From positions 1,702-65,701 of the forward strand of contig JAQVSG010000005.1 in the NCBI GenBank assembly GCA_028700655.1: a DNA stretch of 64,000 bases, given 5' to 3'. Origin of the DNA: Caldisericia bacterium (GTDB lineage: Bacteria; Caldisericota; Caldisericia; UBA6126). The notes below the pieces were generated by a model, which was not told where the DNA came from, did not search any database, and saw only the letters and a list, made by a program, of their open reading frames with translations. Position numbers and translations under genes: made by a program. Positions 47,485-57,100 of this stretch are shown here, piece after piece. Within the stretch, counting starts at the first letter, position 1, and each line of letters opens with the position of its first letter.

Positions 47485-47513
47485 ATACTAGCAGATTCTG
47501 AAAAAAGTTCCAA
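47485..47513 (-). promoter_or_regulatory. Candidate sigma-70 promoter of the RRM gene
   Basis: On the minus strand: TTGGAA, a 17-nt spacer, then TAGTAT. An A/T-tract-rich region lies upstream. Confidence 0.3.
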
Positions 47514-47569
47514 TGTTTTTTCAAAAAAAAATACATTTTTTTTGGTTTTTTTTACAAATTCTCTTTTTT

Positions 47570-48127
47570 TTAAATAACCAGCGCAAAAACACCCAGTAAA
47601 CATAGTAACACTCCAGATATATAAGGAAGTATAGGGATGTTTTTAGTCCCCAAAAAACAACCTATCCAAATACCTATAAAACCAAATAAAAAAGAAAAGC
47701 TGAATACGGATAAAAAGGTAGGAAGAAAAGGTATCTGATGGGTATGAAATGTGAACCCTACTGCAAAAGCGTCAATGCTTGTTGCTATACCCAATAAAAA
47801 GTAGGTGATGATAGAAACTTTTCTATCTTTTAGACAGGGATTGATGCTTTCTTTTCGTGCATCAACAATCATTTTGATGCCAATGAACAGGAGGATTCCA
47901 AAAGATATCCAGCGTTCCATGTTTACAATATAGGATTGCGCCCATATATTAAAGAAAGATCCTGCAATAAAGAAAAAAACTTGGAAAAACCCAAAATTAC
48001 TCCCTGCACCAATTGAGTTTTGGATTCTATATTTTTTTTGGCACACTCCCAAGGTAATTGAAATCAACAATGAATCAACTGCAAGAGCAAAACCAATAAC
48101 AACAATCCGGAAAATGACCATACCCAC
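47570..48127 (-). CDS. mntP: Manganese efflux pump MntP
   Basis: It has six TM helices in two internal repeats, with the AVDSLLISI and SIDAFAVGF motifs characteristic of the MntP/DUF204 family. Confidence 0.85.
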   Translation of the reverse strand: MGMVIFRIVVIGFALAVDSLLISITLGVCQKKYRIQNSIGAGSNFGFFQVFFFIAGSFFNIWAQSYIVNMERWISFGILLFIGIKMIVDARKESINPCLKDRKVSIITYFLLGIATSIDAFAVGFTFHTHQIPFLPTFLSVFSFSFLFGFIGIWIGCFLGTKNIPILPYISGVLLCLLGVFALVI

Positions 48128-48202
48128 TCCATCAAAATCTACATATAAAACACGCGAACTACGATTTTTCGAAAAGATCTAAACTCGAACCCTAGACGAA
48201 GG

Positions 48203-48238
48203 AAAAAGCCTAATGCACAAAATTCTTGTGCATTAGGC
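48203..48238 (-). terminator. Rho-independent terminator after the lipoprotein gene
   Basis: 13-bp stem gcctaatgcacaa/ttgtgcattaggc followed by a T-run on the minus strand. Confidence 0.65.
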
Positions 48239-48269
48239 TCAGAAAAAAAGTGTGAAGGTTTAAAGAGCT

Positions 48270-48764
48270 TTAGTAGTTTAAAACAATCGAGTTCAAGATT
48301 TCTTTCATGCTTTCATCGTCTGCATGACCATTCCCTTGGAGAGTAATGGTGAGTTTGTTTTCATCTTTCATATTCACTAACATCGTCTGTTCAAATCCAC
48401 CATATTCAAAAGAGGTTTGGTAGTAATTATTATCACCATACGTAATCAATTCAGCAGGAGTACCGCCGTAGGTTTGCGCAAAATCACTAACAGCTGTTTC
48501 GGCGTCTTTAAAGCTTTCTTTCTCAAGTTTCATTAAAATGTAAAACGAAGAACCTTTTTTCTCCAAATTTACCATTTGGTAGGTTGCATCTTCAGATACA
48601 ATCCAAGAATCGGAATAATCCAAGGATACAAACTCTCCATCGAAACGGTTCATCTCGATAGCAACATCCTGATTATTGGACGTGGGTTCTTTCGTTTCAC
48701 CCGAACAACCAATGACAGTAAAAACCATCGCAAGAATGGCACAAATAGATACAATTCTTTTCAT
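48270..48764 (-). CDS. Hypothetical lipoprotein
   Basis: The ATG at 48764 follows SD ggagg. The lipobox is VIGCSG after a hydrophobic signal. No family was recognised for the mature domain. Confidence 0.65.
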   Translation of the reverse strand: MKRIVSICAILAMVFTVIGCSGETKEPTSNNQDVAIEMNRFDGEFVSLDYSDSWIVSEDATYQMVNLEKKGSSFYILMKLEKESFKDAETAVSDFAQTYGGTPAELITYGDNNYYQTSFEYGGFEQTMLVNMKDENKLTITLQGNGHADDESMKEILNSIVLNY

Positions 48765-48866
48765 AAAAACCTCCAAACAAAAACTTGTTTTTACTATAGA
48801 TTGTGTTCTTGTTTTGTCAATTTAGCAAGCGATCTTCTATAAAACTTGCTTCAGTAGAAAAAATGA

Positions 48867-49601
48867 TTACACTTTCCACTCTAAAACTAAATCGAGAAAA
48901 GACTGCAGCTCATGAGTTTTAGGGTTCTTGAATACATCGTTGCTATATCCATATTCTACAACAGTATGATGAGATAAAAAAAGCAATTTTTCACAAGCGT
49001 GTTTTGCAAACCCCATTTCATGGGTTACAATCATTGTTTTTAGGCCTTCTTTTTGGAGTTCTCGAAGCATATCCAACACATCGGCAGTATATTCAGGGTC
49101 TAGCGCAGAAGTGGGTTCGTCTAACAATAGTAGTACTGGCTTTACAGATACAGCTCGTGCAATAGAAACACGCTGCTGTTGACCACCAGACATCTGATAC
49201 GGATGTTTACTTCGCTGATCATGCAGCCCAAAACGCTCGAATAAAGAATCTGCAATATGGACTGCTTCTTTACGATCCATCCCCAATGATTGAACGAGAG
49301 GAAGAGTTACGTTTTCAAGAGCGGTCATGTGTTCAAAAAGACCATTGGATTGAAAAACAAAACCAACTTTCTTATGGTAAGCTTGTAGTGATTTTCTATC
49401 AAACCGTAATTGTCTTCCATCTACCAACAACTCACCATGCGATGGAGATATCAAACCACCCATGATGCGTAGCAAAGTTGACTTTCCTCCTCCCGAGGGG
49501 CCTATAATTGCCAAAGAGGAAACATCGTCATGAAAATTGACGTTTTCCAACGCTGTTTGGTCCTGAAAATATTTTGATATAGCTTTAAATTCTACGTTCA
49601 T
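48867..49601 (-). CDS. Polar amino acid ABC transporter ATP-binding protein
   Basis: Walker A GPSGGGKST, signature MSGGQQQRVSIARA and Walker B LLLDEPTSALD are present. The size and pattern are GlnQ/HisP-like. Confidence 0.9.
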   Translation of the reverse strand: MNVEFKAISKYFQDQTALENVNFHDDVSSLAIIGPSGGGKSTLLRIMGGLISPSHGELLVDGRQLRFDRKSLQAYHKKVGFVFQSNGLFEHMTALENVTLPLVQSLGMDRKEAVHIADSLFERFGLHDQRSKHPYQMSGGQQQRVSIARAVSVKPVLLLLDEPTSALDPEYTADVLDMLRELQKEGLKTMIVTHEMGFAKHACEKLLFLSHHTVVEYGYSNDVFKNPKTHELQSFLDLVLEWKV

Positions 49602-50370
49602 AATGAAATCTTTTTTCCCATTTTTTGGATAGAGTAGTCACTGCAAAGGTTAACAAAAAGTACAAAAAACCCACAAATATGTAGTTTTCAAACATCCGGA
49701 AATTATCCGCGGATATTTCTTGCGTTGTTTGTGTAAGTTCAATAACAGCAATCACTGATAGTAAGGAAGAATCTTTAATAATGGAAGAAAACTGACCTGC
49801 TAAGGCAGGTATAATCCTAGAGAGAACTAATGGAAAGGTGACAAATCGAAATGTTTGATACGAAGTAAGACCTAGCGAAATGGCAATTTCGTATTTCTGT
49901 CGATCAATGCTTTGGATACCTCCCCGAATAATTTCTGCAATATAGGCGCCTTCAAACAGAGATAAAATGACTATTCCAGCAATATATCGGTTGTTTATAC
50001 CCCATGCTGTTCCAATAATATAATAGAAAAAGTATATTTGTACCAACAGAGGCGTTCCACGGATAATTTGTACATAGGTTTTGCAGAAGTATTGCAAAAA
50101 CAGCACCTTATATTCTTGTCCCAGTGCAGCTATCAATCCGATAAACAAACTAACAACTAAGCTTCCGACTGAAATCAAAATGGTCATGAGAAATCCTTGC
50201 CAAAGGCGATTTCTATACTGAAACAATGTTCCAAAATCAAGCTCAAGACCAATCAGATGAACTGATAACCATACAAATCCTACTAGAACCAAAACAACAA
50301 TAGCGATATGAGATATCTTGTGAAACTTAGAAGGGTTGATGCCTTTTGTCAGAAATCGGTCTTCTTTCAT
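49585..50370 (-). CDS. Polar amino acid ABC transporter permease
   Basis: The His/Glu/Gln/Arg/opine-family pattern IIRGTPLLVQIYFFYY is present in a five-TM core. It overlaps both neighbouring genes. Confidence 0.85.
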   Translation of the reverse strand: MKEDRFLTKGINPSKFHKISHIAIVVLVLVGFVWLSVHLIGLELDFGTLFQYRNRLWQGFLMTILISVGSLVVSLFIGLIAALGQEYKVLFLQYFCKTYVQIIRGTPLLVQIYFFYYIIGTAWGINNRYIAGIVILSLFEGAYIAEIIRGGIQSIDRQKYEIAISLGLTSYQTFRFVTFPLVLSRIIPALAGQFSSIIKDSSLLSVIAVIELTQTTQEISADNFRMFENYIFVGFLYFLLTFAVTTLSKKWEKRFHYERRI

Positions 50371-51164
50371 TCACTAAAGAACCACGGAAACCCTAAAGAA
50401 TCAAATATCTCTTTTTCTTTCTGTAAATATTTTTCAGTAATCACCTCAAAACCACCCTCGTGAATAAACATCTCGATGAATTGATTGACTGGCTGTAAAA
50501 GATCAGAATTTCCAGCTTTTACTGCCATAGCCCAATTTTCTCCTTCTTGGAAAGGAATCAGGATGGCTTCTGTGGTATCCGGATGTGATTGGTTTTGACG
50601 ATAAATCGTAAGTTGGTCATAAATAAAGGCATCTGCTTTTCCTTGCATCACTTCAGTAACACAAGCATTTTCTGACGTAAAAGAATGTACCTGTGCTTCT
50701 ATTAATGAAGTAGTCGCGTAGATATATCCCGTCGTCCCTTTTTTCACTGCAATGACCCTATCTTTGTCGTATAAATCTTCAATCGATTGGATACCGCTTT
50801 CTTTATTCACTAGTAAAGCTAAATAGGAGTGTGCATACGGAATGGAAAAATCGACTACTTTTTCACGATCTTCCGTTGCTGTCATCGAAGAAATCACGAT
50901 ATCAACTTTGCCTGTTTGAAGAGAGGGGATAAGTCCATCCCAGTTCACGTTTTCAATGCGAACTTCTTTTCCCAGATAGTCTCCTAATGCATACGCCAAA
51001 TCGACACTTACACCCATAGGATTTCCAGCATCATCTTTGGTTTCAAAAGGGGGATATGCCAATTCCATACCAACCACTAGCGTATTGGATTCTTTGTGTC
51101 CACAACCAATAAACATGACAAATACGAACATGAAGGCAACCATAAGACAACCCATTTTTTTCAT
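50367..51164 (-). CDS. Amino acid ABC transporter substrate-binding lipoprotein (SBP_bac_3-like)
   Basis: The lipobox is FIGCGH. LVVGMELAYPPFE and DIVISSMTAT are typical of family-3 solute-binding proteins. Its SD overlaps the stop codon of the upstream giant gene. Confidence 0.85.
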   Translation of the reverse strand: MKKMGCLMVAFMFVFVMFIGCGHKESNTLVVGMELAYPPFETKDDAGNPMGVSVDLAYALGDYLGKEVRIENVNWDGLIPSLQTGKVDIVISSMTATEDREKVVDFSIPYAHSYLALLVNKESGIQSIEDLYDKDRVIAVKKGTTGYIYATTSLIEAQVHSFTSENACVTEVMQGKADAFIYDQLTIYRQNQSHPDTTEAILIPFQEGENWAMAVKAGNSDLLQPVNQFIEMFIHEGGFEVITEKYLQKEKEIFDSLGFPWFFSE

Positions 51165-51176
51165 ACAATGTCTCCT

Positions 51177-54100
51177 TTACTCAAGCGTACCCATAAAAAC
51201 TTTGACAGTATGCTCTTTGTGATCGTTAAAAAGTGGTATCCGATTATCCTTTATCGGGAATCCATCAACGATCACTAGTCTCACGCCTTTTTGGACGCAT
51301 TCTGGATTCAAAACGCTGATTTTGTATATTGTATCATAATATTGATAGTCAATGCTATACTCTTTCCAGTATTCAGGAATACACGGTTCAATAACAATTT
51401 CATTTGCGCGTTTCTGGAATCCTAGAATAAATTCAAGACCAGCCCTATACAACCACGAAGCAGAACCCGTATACCATGTCCAACCTCCTCGACCTACATT
51501 GGGAGGTTGACTATACACATCAGCGGCTACAACATAAGGTTCTGCTTTGTACTTCGAATACTCCTTTATGTTGCTCGTATGATGAATAGGATTTAACATG
51601 GAAAACATTTCCCATGCCTTGTTACCAAGTCCCAATTTTGTATATGCGATCATGACCCAAGCTGCAGCATGTGTATATTGTCCACCATTTTCACGGACAC
51701 CTGGCATATATCCTTTGATATATCCAGGTTCAGTTTCCCCGCTGTCAAAGGGTGGGAAAAGAAGGGTTATGATGCCATCTTCTCTCAACACCAGATGATC
51801 TTCCACCGATTGCATTGCTTGGGCAGCTCTTTTCGTATCTGCAGCCCCTGATAAAACAGCCCAGCTTTGAGCAATCGAATCAATTTTACATTCTTTGTTT
51901 ACTATAGACCCTACCATCGTGCCATTGTCAAAATAGGCTCTTCTATACCAATAGCCATCCCATGCATGTTTTTCAATGGCTTTTTGAATTGAATCCATCC
52001 ACCGTACATATTTTCTAGCTTTACGTTCGTCCCCCATTTTTTGGCATAAAGGTACAAATAAGTCAAGCACAGAATACAAGAACCATCCCAGCCAAACACT
52101 CTCTCCTTTACCTTTATTCCCAATAGTATTCATTCCGTCGTTCCAATCCCCCGTTCCCATTAAAGGCAACCCATGACTACCAAACTGTAAAGATATCTCA
52201 ATTGCACGTATGCAGTGCTCAAAAAGAGAAGATGACTCTTTGGAGCAATTCGGTTTTTCATAGCGTTCTTCTTCGTCATCTTGAAGAGGGGGAGATTCCA
52301 AATAAGGAATAACTTCTTGAAGAATTTCCATATCTCCTGTGATTCGGATATGTTCGGCAGTCGCATAAGGTAGCCACAAACGATCATCCGTAATACGTGT
52401 TCGAGTACCCTTTCCTGAAGGTTCATGCCACCAATGTTGCACATCTCCTTCAATAAATTGATGCTGGGCATGCAAAAGAATCTGCGATCGACTAAGAGAG
52501 GGAGCAATATGAGCTATCGAGATACAATCTTGCAGTTGATCACGAAAACCATAGGCTCCACCAGACTGATAAAAAGCTGACCTAGCCCAGAGTCTACAAG
52601 AAATAACCTGGTACAGAAGCCAACCATTGATCATGAGATCCATGGTTTCATCGGGTGTTTGAACATGAACGGTATGGGTTGCATCATTCCAAAACTCTTG
52701 TACCTCTTCCAAGGAATTTTTCGATTTTTTTATTCTTCGATACTTTTGTGCCAATCGAGTTGCTTCTTTTTGACTCGATCCCATTCCAAAGACAAATACA
52801 AACTCTTTAGTTTCATTGGGTTCGAGTTGAATAGAACCCTGTACAGAAGCACAAGGATCAAAACCAACACCCAAAGCTCCCGATAGTTCTTTGTGCAAAA
52901 GACATTCTGGTTGCTCCATAGAACCGGCACCAAAAAATTCTTGTCGGTCCCCTGTCATGCTAAGATTATTAAGCGAGGAAGTCAGAAATGCAACATGATG
53001 TGGGTAGTCTTCGTTGTAAGGATTTTCAATTAATAGATTGCAAGGACTGCCATAGGAAGTGCGAATATGAAGAGCCGTGCTTTGGTCCGTAACGCCCAAT
53101 ACAGGACGGATGTAATTTGTAATAGTGAAAGTCTTTGTTTCAGAAGAATCATTATGTAGAGAAATAAGGCTAATCTTCACAGGTTCATTCATAGGAACAA
53201 ATTGTGTACACGTGTGTCGAACGCCACAACTGCTATGTTCAAATACAGAATATCCAAATCCATGGGTAACACGATATGGAGTTTTCTGACGAATGGGTAA
53301 AGGGGTTATGGACCAAAATACCCCTGTATCGTCATCTCGTATATATATGATTTCTCCGGGAGGATCTGAAACCGTATCATTGGACCAAGGAGTCAATTTA
53401 TTCTCTCGGCTATTCCCATACCATGTATACCCAGAACCCAAATCTGATACAATGAAGCCAAACGTTTGATTAGCAATAACATTAATCCAAGGAGCAGGAG
53501 TACAATACTCGTGACGTAATATAATTTTGTATTCCATTCCACTTTCGCTAAACCCTCCAAGTCCATTAAAGCATTGCAGACTAGAGGTGTCAAAATCCAT
53601 AGATGGAAACTCGGATTTCGTAGTATATGGTACCATTTTCATGGACGGCAACGGAGATGGTTCTAACATTTGTTCGTCTAGCGATCGTACATCGCTCTTA
53701 AGTACCATTCTTGCAACTGCATATAAAAGAGGGATATCTTCGGGAAGAACTGAGTGAGTATCTAATATGAAGATATCTTTCCGCTCCTTTGTTGCCCCAA
53801 TTGTTTGTCTAGAAGATACAATATCCGATACCAAACGTTTCAAAGGAAGATGATAGCTTATTTCTTCATCTACTAGCAGAACCAAATCTACTTTTAAATC
53901 CATTAAATGCCAGTATTCATGGGCTTGTAAGATGTCATACAAAATATGCATGGGTTCGTCTTTCCGTAAACAAACCAACACAATTGGGTGATCACCAGAG
54001 ATACCATACCGCCATAAAGCAGATTGTCCTTTTTCATTGCACATGATCTTCTCTGCATATTTTTTTCTGGAAGGACTCATCATTACAATGTGTGACAACA

Positions 54101-57100
54101 TGTTTTGATACAACTCCACTTCGTTTGCATCAAGGTTCAGATAATTTGTCTCAACATGGCTTCTTGTTAGGGCCAATTGGAACGCAGATTCAATTTCATC
54201 AGCCGATGCATAACGTTGTATCTTAGAAAGGACAGACTCTCTACTAGCTCCAACAACAGACACAAAAGAAAGGGTCATTTCTTTAGAAGGCTCTAACTCC
54301 ACCATCGTTCGTAAACTCATGACAGGATCTAGCACGGCTCCAACAGAATTCGAAAGAAAGTGACCTTTCTCAATAGAAACAGGGTTTTGAACAGTATGAC
54401 CACGACCTATCATTTTCATACGATCCGTTTCATACTGAACATCTCCCATATTACTCTTCGATGTAACAACGGAGTGGGCCAACCAAGCGCTTTTGTCTGT
54501 TTCTGCTCTAGGTCTTCGGTTTGCAAGAATGCAATGCAAATCAGGTCGGGCTTCTGTTTTTACAAATAAGTTACTGAAGCACGGGTGAGCTACGTCATCG
54601 GAAAACGTTGTTAAAACAACTTCATAGTAACTAGTAATTTCCAGAAGACATGTTTCTTTTCCCGTATTTCGAAATGTTAAGCGGCGTATTTCTAGGGGTT
54701 CGCCGCTGGTAATGACAACTTCAGTTTGTGTTTCAATAAATCCGTCAACTCTCTTATACAAAACCTTATCTGAGGTGAAAACAACCCGATAATCTTTGGG
54801 TGTATTCATCAAAGGTGCATAGGTAGCAGACCAGCAATCATTCGTATTGACATTGCGAATATAAAAAAACATCCCATAAGAATCCAAGGATATATCTTCT
54901 CTCCAACGCGTGATAGCCATCATCTTTGTCTGACTGTATCCGGTGCCTTTATCGGTGAGCATAATGGAATAATTCCCATTGGACAGCAAATGAATTTTAG
55001 GAAGAAGTAGGTTGGGGGAATCAAATACACGAATAGAAGTACTCTGTCGAGAAATAACTTTTTCATCGTGCTCGTAGTTCTTCTTAGCATCTTTGGTTAA
55101 AACAAAATTAACAGGACTCTTTTCCTGCAATAGTACGGAGGCAGAATCCATAGAGGGATCGTTATGAAAACGTTTCTGCATGATATTATCATGCAGAAAG
55201 TTGTTGAGGGCCACAAAGCTCATACCTTGATGATGAGACATCAGGGTTTTCACTATTTTCCGTTGATTTTCGAAGGATAATCGTTCTGGGGTGTAATCAG
55301 CTGCCTCATAGAAACCATAGGCACCTTCCAAGCCTGCTTTTTTTAATTCTTCAATATTGTTTAAGGCAGCTTTTGGATCCACCATTAACGCCAAGAAAGT
55401 GGCATAGGGTGCTACAACAGCATCCTTCATTAAACCACGTTTTAGACCTAGCCAAGGAATACCAATGGCTTTGTATTGATAGTCATGGTTTTTATCCAAA
55501 GAATTGAAGGCAGATTCGGAAGCACCCCAGGGCATTTTACGTTGTTTAGCATATTTCTTCTGGCAATGTAGAGCAAAAAAGTAGCTTTCGTCCAACAATG
55601 TATGACTGTACTTCTTCATAATGAGAAGAGGCATAAGATATTCAAACATCGTGCCTGTCCAGGATACCAAACCCTTATACCCATCCACTGTTGTTAACGT
55701 TCTATCAAGCCGAAACCAATGAGTTGCAGGTACAACTCCTTTAGCAATACATGCGTAACTTGTTTGCCTAGCTTCTGATGCCATTAAATCATAGAATGAA
55801 TTGGTTCTTTTTTGAGACTCCATCGCATAACCAATAGAAAACAATTTCTTTCTCTTCGAATAGAGTGGTATAAAATCCATTGCATCAGCAATGGTATCAA
55901 TTCTTTCAAGAAGTATCTGATATCGTGTAAGACAAGCACGAATATTTTCAACACTTGTCTGAAGACTCTTTTTTACAGAAGAAAGCCATACGAAACCTTC
56001 TTTAAGTTCGTCGGGCTCTTCTTTTTGTGCTAATTTTTCAATGGTTTCAATGTGACGAATAATATCCTCATAAAACATCGGCAATTCTGCAAAAACATGA
56101 TTTTTTTCACACGTTTCGCGTATTTTATGAACGAGAGAAGTAATCTTGGGAGTTACTTTGGATTCTCTTAAATCCAAGGGAATTTTTCGGAACAAATTCA
56201 TATCCGGTAAATAGTCATGGAATTCTTGATACAACATTTGTACCATTTGCTTTACTTTCGGTTTCCAGGGGGTTTCTTTCATTTGATCAAAAACGGGATA
56301 ATCGTATAATTGATCGATAACATCTTGCCATGAACCAAGGTTAATGGGCTCTATTAATGGAAATGTAAAACATAGCATCATGCTTGTATTGCATTCTGCC
56401 CCTTCTTCTCCTGCACATAAAAGAGTATCCCGAATGCTCTGTAAAAAGTCCAAAGTAATTATGGGTTTATGCAAGTATTCTTTCAATCCTTCACGCAAAG
56501 TAATCAAATATGTAAGAAGATTTCCACTATCCACCGTTGATATATAGGTGGGCTGTAAAGATTTTAATGTTCGTGTATCAATCCAATTGGGTAAATGCCC
56601 GTTCCATGTGTCTACTTCCTCAATGGATGCAATGGTTTTTTCAATGCGTTTCATCATTTCTGTAGTAGGAATAAATCCAAAATCTCTTGCAGATAAAACA
56701 GAAAGAAGACCCAATCCAATATTGGTGGGACTTGTCCGATAAGCTATCCCTTTGGGTGGATCTGTTTGATAATTATCAGGAGGCAGAAAATGATTTTTCT
56801 CATTCATAAACTCTTCAAAATATCGCCATGTTTTACGAGCAATGATACGTAAATCCTGCCGCTTCTCTTCTGTCATATCTACGGTCTCCTCTATACGATC
56901 CATGCTAATGGAATACCCAATAAAGGGTGCTAGGGCCCATATAATGCTAAACCAGATTGAAATCATCACTAGATTAGGTTGAAAGAATAAAGCCAATCCA
57001 CTGAAGATTACAGCCATAATGAAACACGCGCTTAAAGATACCACATAGCGTAGTATCGTATTTTTTTGATGTTTTTCTACAATAGCCGCCGCTGTCCACT

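Noticed and set aside
47521-47569. Cluster of A8-A9 and T7-T9 homopolymer tracts, considered as a phase-variation switch
   Set aside because: The tracts lie in the spacer between the mntP stop and the rbp promoter, not in a coding region or between -35 and -10 elements. They are more simply explained as AT-rich, UP-element-like or curved DNA.
48128-48202. Looked for a yybP-ykoY manganese riboswitch upstream of mntP
   Set aside because: The leader is only about 75 nt between the upstream terminator and the ATG. It lacks the conserved GGGGAGUAG-type core I remember. A covariance-model scan (Rfam RF00080) would settle the question.
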